Below, one piece after another: positions 1 to 11,649 of a stretch of 49,209 bases of DNA. The stretch is from contig CAJINV010000006.1 of NCBI GenBank assembly GCA_905178155.1, forward strand, positions 1 through 49,209, in the 5' to 3' direction. The notes below the pieces were generated by a model that did not search any database, was not told the origin of the DNA, and worked only from the letters and a program-made list of their open reading frames with translations. Both the position numbers and the translations under genes were made by a program. Every line of letters starts with the position of its first letter. Position 1 is the stretch's first letter. The DNA is from Amoebophrya sp. A120 (lineage: Eukaryota; Protista; Dinoflagellata).

Positions 1-378
1 ACATCCGAGCAGTGCAAACAAAAATGCACGGCGAATGAATGTGATACGATACCACATCACGCGCGTGGGAGCAAGAGTCAGCGGAACGAAAAAACATGCT
101 TGCAATATTTTTTGCGGTAGGAGATATTTGAGAAAAAAAAATCGCCGAACCGAAAAAGGCATCCACAAGAAAAATAACCCAACGGCATATCTTCTCGATT
201 TTGCATCGAAAAAGTCTAGGCAAGCTTCTAACGGTATATTAAAGTGCGCAAATGCAACATTTGCAAATGTTTTATGCATTTTAATCATTGCGCGCATAGT
301 TAATCTGGCATTATGATGCATGTAGAAAAAAAACGGGTGTGCGTTTTGTCGCTTTCTTTCATCGTTGTCGTTTGCCCG

Positions 379-475
379 CGACAAGCGCGGGCCGTTTGGT
401 TGTTGTGCGCAAATCGGCGCGGCCGGTTTTGCGGCTCCACAAGTACATAGACCCCTCACCCGAAAAAGCACGAAC
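379..475 (+). repeat. Partial copy of the 190-bp satellite unit
   Basis: cgacaagcgc..gccgtttggtt..gtgcgcaaatcggcg..acccctcacccgaaaaagcacg matches the unit of the 22560-24045 array. Confidence 0.85.
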
Positions 476-481
476 ACGCGG

Positions 482-748
482 CGCCCTGGCGTGGTCGACT
501 GCTTGGGCGGTTTTGGGCTCCTTCAAGGGAAACGGCGCGGACCGCGCCGTTTCCCTTGAAAGCATCCGGCCGGCGCCCGTCTCCGCGCCCTGGCGTGGTC
601 GGGTGCTTGGTCGGTTTTCGGCTCCTCCAAGGGAAACGGCGCGGTCCGCGCCGTTTCCCTTTAAAGGATCCGGCCAGCGCCCGTTTCCGCGCCCTGGCGT
701 GGTCGACTGCTTGGGCGGTTTTGGGCTCCTTCAAGGGAAACGGCGCGG
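482..748 (+). repeat. 104-bp GC-rich tandem repeat (~2.6 copies) containing a 33-bp palindrome
   Basis: cgccctggcgtggtcg recurs at 482, 586 and 690. Palindrome aagggaaacggcgcgg-W-ccgcgccgtttccctt at 525-557 and 629-661; the third copy stops at the axis. Confidence 0.9.
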
Positions 749-1302
749 CTTTGCGCCATTTCTTTCCACTCGTTGAGCTTGGTGCGGCACTCCGTCAGAG
801 TATCGCTATCTGCGTTGCGGACAGGTTGTTTCTTCAGGAGTTGATTGGATTTCCGTTCCTCGGTGGAAGTGGAATTTGGGCTGCTGTTTTGCTGAAATGT
901 GGGACCCATGGTGGTCATGAGCTGCGTCATCTGCTCGAAGCTGAGTGTTGCGCCGGGTTGATTGTTAGGCAGGTCCGGGTTGGGGCTTGTAGGCGCGGTC
1001 GGGTCGGGACTGCGCGATTGCTCGGCGTAGTGCTCATCGTTGCCGCAAAACTGGTCCAGAAGCTGGCCAAAATTTTCGTCGTTCAGAACCGGATGCAAAT
1101 CCCGCTGGAACTTGCTGACCAGTTTGATGATGTAGGGCTTGTCGTTCAGCACCAGGTCGCCCTGTGAAAGCTCGTCCAGCGGCAGCATCTCCGTGACGAA
1201 AGCCCGGCTGTCTTCGTGAAGACAAAGGAAGACGAGCTGCCGATCGTCGACGACGACGCCCCGGTTGGGCAAGAACTTGAGGCATCCGGCGGCTGGCGGC
1301 AT
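661..1302 (-). CDS. Intronless ORF of unknown function, truncated by the 104-bp repeat (possibly retroelement gag-like)
   Basis: ATG at 1302 (MPPAAGCLKFLP...). Protein-like to TECRTKLNEWKEMAQ, then runs into repeat DNA at ~748. The gag-like call is only an impression. Confidence 0.5.
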   Translation of the reverse strand: MPPAAGCLKFLPNRGVVVDDRQLVFLCLHEDSRAFVTEMLPLDELSQGDLVLNDKPYIIKLVSKFQRDLHPVLNDENFGQLLDQFCGNDEHYAEQSRSPDPTAPTSPNPDLPNNQPGATLSFEQMTQLMTTMGPTFQQNSSPNSTSTEERKSNQLLKKQPVRNADSDTLTECRTKLNEWKEMAQSRAVSLEGAQNRPSSRPRQGAETGAGRIL

Positions 1303-2180
1303 TTTTGCGTTTCTGTAGCGCGAAATGCGAGAAAATTTTTTGTCGTTGTTGCTGTGTTTCGAAAAAATTTGTTCTCTAATGAGCAAGAGGGTTGATGTAA
1401 GTAGGAAGCGAGTTACTTGATCGCTACAGAGAAGCTTTTGAGTTAGGCACTACAATAGCCATACTTTTTAGTTTTTAAGTGCGACCGCACCTTGGCAATT
1501 ATATAGATTTTCAAAAAATGGCGATAGTTCCGTTCTCTTTTCGAACAAAAAATTGACGGAAAAGTACCAACGTGCCTCTGAAAAAACACAGCGACAAGAA
1601 AACTGAAGCAAAGAAATAGTGGTGGAACGACTTGTAAGATTACGATTGATTTATGACGAACGATTTGGCTGAAGCATTTTGGAAGTCAAAAAAGAAACAA
1701 ACGTGCTCACGACTGTGCACATAATTTTCGCACTTCCCTGTGAAAATACGAAGACGCTGCGTCTGCACCTACGATAGAAGACTGAAACGACCTGTAAGCG
1801 CGATAAAAACTGACGAAGAGTTACTTGGTACTTACTTATGAGGTTGGGTACAGACGAAGGGAAGGGAAACGCGACGAAAAAAAGTTTCACGTTCTCCACC
1901 AATGTTGGAGCAACTAATTTCCACAATGGCAGCAAATTTTTTCGCGTGTTGATGTTTCCCGAAATGCTGTTGACATTTGTGTTGAAAATTCAAATTGTTT
2001 CTGAATTCCGCACGAGAGATTTCCTTTCTCTCTTTCGCACGAAATAGCAATATTTTTGTTCTTCTTCACAAGACTCGAGGTGGCAACACAGTCCTCGTTC
2101 CTTTGCGTTTGATTCGCTTCTTTCTCTTACATCAGCCCGCGCGAGAGGTTTCGGATGTTGTCTCAGTATTTAGCCCGATC

Positions 2181-5100
2181 CTAGTTCGCAGACGTCTGCG
2201 ACAGAACGAGATACCCCTTCCGCTGGTACTGCTGCCTGCTTAGGTTGCCGCCCCTGTCGGGGGTCGCAGGGAGCTTCACCTTTCCGGTCCAGAAGTCGCG
2301 CAGCCGTTTTAACCGGTCCTCGCCGTTGTGCTGTGCAAAGGCCAGGATGATAACGAAGAGGAAGTACTCGACGTTTCCCACCTCGCGGTACAGGGTTTCC
2401 GACTTCCGGCTGGCCTTTATCAAAGTACAGAAAACTACTCCAGCCTCACACCCGCTTGGAGCATCGAGGCGGTGTTCATGCGCATGCAGATGAAGCTTCT
2501 ATCGCGGTTCACACTCGCCAAAGAGAGCCTAGCATGCACATAGACTGCTTTGTTGAGATAGTTTCGCACCCTCGTGCCACATCTATCGCAATAAAGGCCG
2601 TGCTTCGTTCCTTGCTCCATAACAAAGGGTTTGGGAGTATGAGGCGGCACAGTTTTCCACTTTGATAAAAGGTTTGTCACGCTGAAGAACGCCGGTGTCG
2701 CATATGACGTCGAATGGGCGGGTGTCCTGTGCAAAAGCGTACCCATCGCTGCAAATCTGCAAACCGAGATTGTCTCCCATGTACCTTCACACGTCAGCCA
2801 TTTTCCACTCGTGTTTGGAATTTCGTCATTCTGCATGCATAGTTGCGCAGCTAATTAGGGACGCGACTGCGCGTTCTCGGCACGGGTGTGCTGCATATCC
2901 AAACTTGTCATGCGTGAGTCCTCTCAAAACTTGTTCTGTGAGTACATACCCAAACTTGTCATGCGGGTTTGTCCACCCGAAACAGATTTTCTACTTTGAC
3001 CATCGTGCAGGTACGTTTTTGCTCAGGATACACGGCCTTCTCGATGCTGCGATTTGTGCTGGACTGGAACTTCTTGACCGAGTTGACCTTTTTCAGGACC
3101 CTGTACACTTCGAGCATGTCATTTGCACGTTCTGGCGAGCCGAGGATGGTCGCTTTGGGAACACCGCACACGATCCGCACGGCGTCGACGAGCAGCTGTT
3201 CGAGACTTTTCCATCCGATTGGAATTTGTTCACCGGTCATGAGCATGAGCTTCGCGTCGCATCCGGTCAGGTGCGTTCCTGTTCGCACCGCGTAGACCTC
3301 GGCGTCGTCCGTCCTCGGCAGCCCGATGTTGTACTTCGTCGACCGCACCTGCCGGAGCTGTTTCAGGAGCATGTTGTGCAGCCTCTCCTTCTCGTCGATC
3401 GGCACGTCGATGACGACTGTAGTGACGGACTCATGCAGGGACGTCTGGGCTGTCAAGAGGAAAAGCGTCCCTACAATGCACACCCGAGTGAAGAAAAGCT
3501 GTACTCAGCATGCTATTGCAGTATCTTTGCGTAGTTGTAGTTCGAGAGCAAAATGCTGTTATTTCTAGTCGGTCTTCATCGCACACCGAATCTTCTGCAT
3601 GACAATCTACTGTCGCAGGACTTTTCGGACACATGTGGTCGCAGGATGCACACTGATTTCTTCTGTGTCGATTGTAGGGCATCTCGTTATTCATACTATT
3701 CTTGGTTTGTGCGCCAACATCCTGATTTTTTGCACGGAGGGGGGTTGAATAGTAAACGAAGCATGATCATGTTAAAAATGGCATTGAATTATTCGTCGCT
3801 GTAAATGAAGATTATAATTGCAAACACGACCCTACTTATACCAGATCCGCATTCGAATCTGGCGATGACCCAGGCACTATGGAAAGCAAAAAAGTACTTA
3901 CAGGTCAGGTGAATTGTGTCCAAAAGCTGTTTTCCTCTTCTTGCCACTTGCGCGGCTCATGCAAAGAGTCATGCAAGACATGCGCGGCTCATAGCAAGAG
4001 CCAAATTCAAGATCTGACACTGTACGCCTGCGTTTTGCTTATTGAGGAGCCCTTCAGTTGTACTTGCCGGCGGACGGAAAGAAGATGCTCCAACCTGTTA
4101 TACGATGCGTGGGAGGAGAAAATTATACGTTGTTTTGACCGTGGTTGGAGAAAAATGAGAACATCTGCGTCACGAAACCAATCACTCCATAACATCACAG
4201 AATTTCATTCTCCACAACATCGACAATATACCTGGTCCTCTTCGAGTTCAGCATCGGGGGAAAGCTGTGCTTTCGACTTGGTAGGGAAAATTTTTCTCCA
4301 ACCACGGATGCTGACATTTACTATTCTTTTCCCGGGAGCAGAATAAACTCTGTGCACACTACTATTTAACAAGTATGAATGGTCATGCAGCCTGACAAAA
4401 ATCGCGTCGTGCGTGGTCCGGTGTTTACTTAAACATGAGGCTGTGGTTGGATGCTTGATTTTCACTCTGATATCCGGTGGGGAGTCAGCGTCCAATCCGG
4501 TGCCGCTATGGAGTTAGCAGTGGTCAACAGCGTTTGATCTGACGCAAAGAAGTAGTGTACAGTTCCAGTGATGACCTCGAGGGAGGCACAAGACAGAAAT
4601 CAGAAAAAAAATAAGAGGTGGCTCGGGTGCTCTCTTTAGCGCGCTTTTGCGGTGGGAATCGCACGGGGGGGCGACAGAGGGTACTGCCATGTCAGGGACT
4701 ATGGGCAACTCACAACCAGCACCTCGCAGTCCCGACGTCACGCCGATCCCGTGGTGTGTCAAGAATGTCCACGATGCCAGTGGTGGTGTAGTTGTTTTTC
4801 CGTTTTGATGTACAGCATGTTCATCGCCTTTTCGAAATTGGCCGTGCGTCGGAGGAAGGCGTGTTCACCGGGTCGGAACATGGACGGCAGAAGCCCGCCT
4901 GCCACGCGGCTCCGAAGGCCAAGAACGACACAGGAATTATCGGATGCACATCTTGGTTTCGTCAATAAGTGCAGGAGCTCTCAGTTCGCTCAAGTAGATT
5001 TTCGAAATAAATTTAGTCTACGGCCGGGGGTGCAGCCCGGCACGCAGTACGGGCAACACGCCAAATTCTTGAGCCAATGTTGCTTGAGCCACGAAACGCC

Positions 5101-5293
5101 TGCAGCGGGGGTCTGACAAATTCTGGTAGGAACATGCAGGAGCTTTGTCATGCGGAGCAATGTGCGGTCTGTACGGCGCATCAACATGCAAGCTTCTTTG
5201 CATCAGAGTCGCAGCTGTTGCCTGCTGGGCAGCCGATTTTGTGTAGTATGGGACGCGGTTCTCGAGGTCAGTCTTCAGTTGCTTCAGCTGCAT
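2181..5293 (-). CDS. Probable multi-exon gene(s), not reconstructed
   Basis: Protein-like minus-strand fragments (2181-2423, 2959-3483, 4759-4965, 5018-5293) are separated by stretches rich in ttgtcatgc/gcatgaca (likely decayed elements). Confidence 0.35.
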
Positions 5294-5582
5294 GTTGGAC
5301 TTGGTACTCTCTGCTAGTTATCAGAGCAAAGCAGGAAGCCCGTCCTCGGGAAGATTTGACTCTGTGTTCCTAGTGCTACTCACAAATCACTTGCGCTGCA
5401 TGGAGTAGAAAAAGTTTATTAAAAGCTGGTCTTAGCAACTGTAGGCAGATAAGCCCTATGTTTTCAATAACTTTTTCGTTTCGCAATTAAGTCTTGCAGA
5501 ACAGAGACCCAGAGCATCGCATGACAAGTTCAAGTAAACGAAAAATGCTACGACCCTGACACGAGTGGAATTCGGGCGAAAT

Positions 5583-8500
5583 CTACTTCCTGCTCTTCCA
5601 TATGGGGCGCTTGAACGACGCCGGTCCAGTGGTCAGCCTCGGGGTCTGGTCTCCGCCCGTCACCTCGGCGGGGTCGTCTGCCGGCTTCTCCAGCGGTGGA
5701 AGTGTGAGGCCCGCGCTGTCGTCTTCCATTTTTGCGAGCTCCGCGGCGTTGAAGTAGGACACTTGGAGGCCGTTGCCCAGGGTGATGGTTTCCGCGTCGC
5801 ATCCTTCTGCGTCCAGGAGCCGCAGGATTTCCCTCCTCACCTTCAACGTGCAAACCGCGAGCAAGTCCGGGGGCATCGCTTGGAGCGATTCCACAGCGCA
5901 TCCTCAGCAAAAATGCCCCCACCCCAAAGCTGTCATGCAAATGCGCATTGACGCGAGCATTTGTAATGCGCATCTACATCTTCTACTCCTGTTTGCAGCA
6001 TTACAAATGCCAAAACACGATTAGAAATGCCTCCTATGGAGTCCATAAGGGGCATTTGCAATCGTGTTTTGGCATTTGTAATGCTGCAAAAAGGAGTGGA
6101 AGATGGCTTTCTCATGCGGTTACCCTTGCTAACCAGCACTACCCTGCAGGTGGAAACCTGTCATGCGCAACTGCCAAAACTTGGAGATTTGCTTTGCAGA
6201 TTCACCAACTTGGCTATAGGGTGGGGCCGTTTTTGCTCAAGATACTGTTGCACGCAGTGCCCCCCCGGACAATTCCACTGTCTCCGACGGAACCAGCACG
6301 GTGCTGTAAAATTGCCGGCTCTCGTAGAGATGACCCAGTGGCAGGACGTGACGGACGCGTTGCGCGTCTTGGACCGAAGCGGCCCCATCCATTCGGACCC
6401 CGAACGGGTTGGCCACTTTCTGCCCAATTGACTGGTAGTGGTCGTATTCTGAGAGCAGCTTTGTTACCCGGGCGTGTATGCATTGCAAATATCAATCTTG
6501 GTCTGGAACACTCTAATTTGTAATGCTAAGCGTGGATCCGATGCAAACAAATCTGTGTTGCATGATCACCAAAAGTTGTGAACTTTTAACCAAGTTGAGA
6601 GCAGACACTTTCTCATGCAGAACAGGCATGATACGGATCTCACAGCATCTGTCATGCTAGGTTCTGCATTCCAGAAGTCATGCGTCATGGAGAATCTGCA
6701 TGACAAGTCTTGCACTCTTCCAGACAAAGACATTTTTGCACTGGATATTGTGAAACGACGGGAGTTCGATTATCCAGGACTTCAGGGACTGCTGGATGGT
6801 ATATGGAATAATATTATCGAATGCAAATATGTCTGGGTCTGCAAGAATGCAACTTGTTTTGCTGCATTTGGATGGCAAAAAAATCTACATTGCATGAGCA
6901 GCAAAAGGAATCTTTTTGTTGCTACGCGGAAGGTGCATTTGTCATGCGGAATAGGCTTCAAGAAGCCCTCAAAAAATCTGTGGTGCTATCGCATGCATCA
7001 CACACATCATGCCTCGTGCAAAGCGTGCATGACAAGTCTTCCAATTTTCCAGACCCAGACATAATTGCATTTGATAAATACCAGGCACCGGCTGCGTCGT
7101 CGACTGGGGTGCTGTTTCGCTGACCGGCTTTGGAGAAGGGCTAGGGATTGTGTTGGTGACAAGTGGTGGTGGTCCCTTCGCTTCCATCTCGACGTAGTGG
7201 GACAACAGCTCGAGTTCGCTCTGGGCCCGCGTGGCGATGTCGATCAGTTTATCCTGAGTAGAAACGTCCCCACCCCATAGTCAAGTTCGTAAATCTGCAA
7301 CACAAATCTCGAAGTTTTGGGAGTTATGCATGACAAGGCTCCATCTGTAGTACTTTGTAGCAAGGGCAGCAGCATCACAAAGACGCCTGCTTATTCTGTT
7401 TACAGCATTACAAATCCGCCCAGAACACGACTACAACTTCCTCTCTCGCGGATGCGTATTACAGATTTTTGTGTAGATGCAAATCTGCATGACAACAACT
7501 ATGGGGTGGAGACTTTTTTACACAGGATACATTTTGTTGTGGAAGCGCGAACCGTAGTTGAAGTACTCCGTCGTGACTATCAAAAGGAAAAATCCCCCCA
7601 CCCCATACTCAAAGGGAGATTTGTATAGTATGATTTGTGATCACAAATCGCGTTGTCATGCTACAAGGTAAGAGATGCAGATTTCAGTGCTGGCTGGCAT
7701 GGGAAAGCTTTGCGTCTTCAGCATGACAGGAAGCAACTGGAAACAGGAAACAGCATGACAAATTTCCTGCAAACGAAGGAACAGCTGCGTCTTTTGGCCT
7801 TCTAGCAATACAAGTCGATTTGTGGTCACAAATCAGCATCACAAATTTCCTTTTTGATATGGGGAGGGGGGATTTTTCCTTTTGATAGTGACCTGGTTCG
7901 TGCTGAACATCGCGCTATCCAAAATGGTGTTCAACAGGTCGGTATGGATTGCAAAAGTGTCTGGTTCTGGAAGAATGCAACGTGTGATGCTATTTTTGGA
8001 ACCTAAAAAAATCTGTATTGCATGACCAGCAAGTACAGGCGTCCAGTTTTTGCGCTGCGGAGAGGGCATTTGTCATGCGGGATAGGCGTCATGATACCCG
8101 CAAAAAATCTGTGATGCTGGGGCATAGTACATCGCAGACATCACGGGCCGTGCAAAATGTGCATGACGAGCCTTGCAATCTTCCAGACCCAGACATATTT
8201 GCATTTGATAGGCGGTGAGTTCAATGTTCGGGTTATCGTGAGACAAGACGTCCCCGCGCCCCATAGATAAGATGGGAAATCTGCTAGAGAAATCGACAGG
8301 CTGTGGCTGTTGCGAATACAAATTTCAGGGTCGGAGTGTAGTTGTATTTCGCAAGTAGTATTCTAGCAGCATCACAGAGCGCAAATACCATGCTGATTCG
8401 AGCAACACAAATTATCTCAAAACACCACCAGAAAATGCTTCTCATGGGAACGAAAGATTTTACGCATGCAGAATTGCATTACAACTCTGGGTTGGGGACG

Positions 8501-10135
8501 TTTTGACACGGGATACGGGTTGCCGCAGTTGATCAAGCAGTCCCGGATGTAGTGTGTCGTGTTCTTATGAAAGTGCGCAACCCCTCCTCCCCCTCCTTTG
8601 TCATGCAAAGTACCAACTCCACGCCTTCCCTCTTGGCACTGTTTGCATGACAAATTTTGGCCGCCAAACTAGCACTAAAACCCTGCGCAAATTTGTCATG
8701 CAAAACTTGCACCCCAGCTGACGCTTGTGTTGCTTCTATTCATGCCCTATAAATGAGGGCGAGGGGGGGTTGTGCACTCTGATAGTTGTTCTCCACGGGT
8801 TCCATCTCTCGGACTATGCATTGCAAATATCGCTCGACGTCTGGAGAAGTGCAAGATTTGTCATGCTTCTATAACTGCAGAGTTTGTCGTGATGCGAGTC
8901 CCCGAGAAAGCTCTTGTCCTGACCATACAGAAAAACACATCGTCATGCAGAATGCGCAGCAGGTGCACTGGCCGTGCAAATTTTTCTCATGCTTGGCTGG
9001 TGATTATTACTGTCATTCTTTACAAGATAGCATTACAAAGTTCGTGGTCGAGAACAATATTTGCATTGCATACCCACCGGGACGCCTTCGGGTGCGAGGA
9101 TGGCTGCGACTTCCGCTAGATTTTCCAGTATCCCGTATCCTGAGTAAAAACGAGCCCACCACCCGATAATCAAGATGGGGATATATTTTTGGCAACACAA
9201 AAAATCCTGAAGTTCCGAGAGTCACGCATCACAAGTTCCACCTCTCTGTGCTGTAGTGCAGGATATCGACAACTACAGCCGCATCACAAAAACACCAGCT
9301 CATCCTGTTTACAGCATTACAAATGTCAAAACTCGGTTTGAAAAAATGCCTCGACTGGGATTTCGCATTACAAATGTTCCGTGTTAATTTTCAAATCCGC
9401 ATGATGAGAACGCTGGAGTGGGGACGTTTTGAGTCAGCATAGCCCGACCGAGACGTTGTACCCTTCTTCCCCACCGAGGAGTTGCGCCATGGTTGCCGGC
9501 GCCGCACTCCGGATCTCCTGCGACGGTTGGAGGGGCGCCCACAGATGCTGCAGCTTCTGCCCGGATTGCACGCATTCTGTTTCCAGCACCGCCAGTGACA
9601 CTTGGCCGCCCGCCGAAAAAAACATGTTGAGAGCGCCGCGGACTTGCACGTCGTATACGACGGCGTTGACTTTGACTCCCTCGGTTCTCGCGGGCTGTTC
9701 TGCACTATTGGGGGAGTGGTGTCTTCTCGCAGCGGCTTCTGCTTGTTTTTGGCGCAGAAGTTTCATCTTGTGCTCACTGTCATCTCTGTTGCCGTCGTAC
9801 GTGAGGTGGACGGGTTTCACTATCGTGTAGAAAAAAGTGTTTCACTGTATGCGATTCATTGTTGAAGTTTTGCATCAAGAGTTCGCTACGCATGACATGC
9901 AGTCCTCCTGAGGGAAAAGATCTTTCAAAACCTGATTTCCTCTTGCATGTGTTGTACAACTAGCAAGACAAATCCGTCTGTGTTGCATTCTTTGCGTCAC
10001 AAGCTCAATACAGGGAAACACTTTTTTCTTCCGATATTCAACGCAGGCGAAGGCGCCACGTTGGACTGGTTGTCAAACACGGTAACTTCACTTCTGCCGT
10101 CATCCGTGAGTGGGGACCTATGGACGCGGAGTGAG
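5583..10135 (-). CDS. Gene G1, unknown protein, at least 12 exons separated by 11 introners; 5' end unresolved
   Basis: Manual splice is open throughout: SLRVHRSPLTDDG..KPVHLTYDG..NVSVG|ILENLAEVAAILAPEGVPV|EMEPVE|NTTHYIRDCLINCGNP|NIELT|LLNTILDSAMFSTNQV|TTEYFNYGSRFHNK|IDIATRAQSELELL..|IPYTIQQSLKSWIIELPSF|HARVTKLLSEY..|VESLQAMPP..WKSRK*. Confidence 0.85.
5899..6244. mobile_element. Introner, B-like family
   Basis: catcctcagcaaaaatgcccccacccc ... ggggtggggccgtttttgctcaagata; degenerate TSD cagcg/ctgtt; removal keeps frame. Confidence 0.75.
6477..6747. mobile_element. Introner, family A
   Basis: tatgcattgcaaatat ... atttttgcactggata; TSD gcgtg/ttgtg. Confidence 0.85.
6815..7076. mobile_element. 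Introner, family A
   Basis: tatcgaatgcaaatatgtctgggtctg ... cagacccagacataattgcatttgata; TSD aatat/aatac. Confidence 0.9.
7250..7529. mobile_element. Introner, family B
   Basis: tatcctgagtagaaacgtccccacccc ... ggggtggagacttttttacacaggata; TSD cagtt/cattt. Confidence 0.9.
7578..7887. mobile_element. Introner, family C
   Basis: tatcaaaaggaaaaatcccc ... ggggatttttccttttgata; perfect TSD gtgac. Confidence 0.92.
7943..8210. mobile_element. Introner, family A
   Basis: Family A TIRs; TSD gtcgg/ggcgg. Confidence 0.9.
8234..8515. mobile_element. Introner, family B
   Basis: Family B TIRs; perfect TSD cgggt. Confidence 0.9.
8566..8784. mobile_element. Introner, family D
   Basis: tatgaaagtgcgcaacccc ... 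ggggttgtgcactctgata; TSD gttct/gttgt. Confidence 0.85.
8815..9072. mobile_element. Introner, diverged family A
   Basis: tatgcattgcaaatat ... atatttgcattgcata; TSD cggac/cccac. Confidence 0.8.
9136..9441. mobile_element. Introner, family B
   Basis: tatcctgagtaaaaacg ... ggggacgttttgagtcagcata; TSD tcccg/gcccg. Confidence 0.85.
9821..10036. mobile_element. Introner, family E
   Basis: tatcgtgtagaaaaaagtgtttcactg ... cagggaaacacttttttcttccgata; TSD ttcac/ttcaa. Confidence 0.88.
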
Positions 10136-11329
10136 TACCATGCAAGAGGACAAAAGAGCTGCAATTTTAGTGCGATTCTGGACCACGATGGAGACGATGC
10201 AAGACACAGAAGCCTGCCATGCGAAACTTTTGTCACACGCAGCATATTTATTTTACCTCATATTTTGATGTACTAAGCTGCGCACAACAAGTTTTTGTGA
10301 TGCAACTTCCTTTGGATGAAAAGAGCCTGCCTGGCTAGTGAGTCGCACCATTGCAGTTTTTTTGTCGGATAAATACACTGGCCGGTTTGTGGTGGGTGAG
10401 ATGCCCGTCTGCAGGAAGAACGCATCGCACAGAAAACCGCTAGCAAAGGGTGTTTGCAGATGTGCAGACAAATTTCGCTCTGGGCATGACAGGTTTGTTC
10501 TTGTGCTGGTTGTAGTATGCACGGCTGCTCTGGGGCGATGGCGATTACTATTTTCATGACAGAAGAACTTTCACAACACGTCCACCGCTGCGCTAGCATT
10601 TTTCTGTTCCATATTGCTTTTGGTGCTGGCCGGGCGCGTGCACCTGGAAAAAAGACATTATTTCACAGGTCTAAAAGAACGTCAAGCGATTTATTGGTGA
10701 TTTGAGGTTATTTACTCGTCCTGCAAGTGAGCTGTTGAAAACACGCGCAGTTGTGCTACAGAAAATTATCACAGAACAACAGGACTATGGCGAATAAATC
10801 CAGCACAATTATGGAAAGTCCTCATGATGCAATCGTGCAAGAATGAATCAAAACTGACAATAAGACGGTCCTGAGAGAAGATTTTGGACGAAAAAAAAAG
10901 TTCAAGGAGACGCAACAAAACCGAAGATGGAAGGTCTGGAGAGCAGCTGCAGCTGTCTCATGAAAAAAATGTTCACAGCAGACTTCTTTGAATATTGTCA
11001 CGGGTGTCTCAACGGATAGTGTCAACATCGGCAATGGATCAATGTCTTTTTTGGGCGTCTCGAGAACAGCAACATCACAATCAAGAACAGCCTCCTGCTT
11101 TTCAACGCAGACTACTGAAGAGTGTTCGCACGAACATACGAACAGGGAATAGTTTCTTTAGCGCACACAATTGTGAAACAAGTAGGTTCTTTCTCGCGTA
11201 CGAGGGTTTGCTTCGTCGGGTCTTTTTGCAAGACAGCTCTGAATATCTGAAGTTTCTTGGTTTTGTCTACCTCAGCAATTTTCAATTAGCCCCTGCAGCG
11301 AAGTCATCGGAACTACATCACGTCGCTGG

Positions 11330-11419
11330 TAAAAGTTCAGCATTTCATCTGTTAAAACAGTTCAGCAACTCTGTTAAAAGTTCAGCAGCTTTCTTAAAAG
11401 TTCAGCAACCCTGTTAAAA
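11330..11419 (+). repeat. Degenerate ~21-bp minisatellite
   Basis: (g)ttaaaagttcagca recurs about 4 times. Confidence 0.7.
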
Positions 11420-11649
11420 TTTTTTCACCACGTTTCAACCGATTAATTCGAAGTAAGAGCAGTGTTCTTTGAAACAACAAAAAGTAAAGAGTTTTATGTT
11501 CAGTGTAATAACGGGAAACAGCACGACACAGTGGACTCAAAGGAAGCTCTTGTTCTCACGTGCTTCGAGTTTAGTTAGGACTAAAGGTCATATACTTCAT
11601 CGGGTCGTAGTTTTCATAGAATCCCGCGGGCGTGTCTGGAATTTGGTAC

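Noticed and set aside
2418-2667. Possible introner tatcaaagt..gaaaact / agttttccactttgata
   Set aside because: The ends are TIR-like but there is no TSD, and I could not establish the frame.
2695-3534. 279-aa plus-strand ORF (and similar ones at 556-1167 and 26367-27068)
   Set aside because: Antisense shadows of minus-strand coding sequence or read-through of elements.
6477-9441. Repeat-spacer alternation resembling a CRISPR array or integron cassettes
   Set aside because: The repeats are 200-350 bp TIR elements of several families, the spacers are in-frame exons, and no cas or integrase gene is visible.
10136-10337. Possible introner flanked by gtgag repeats
   Set aside because: The TIR is weak and the upstream frame is ambiguous.
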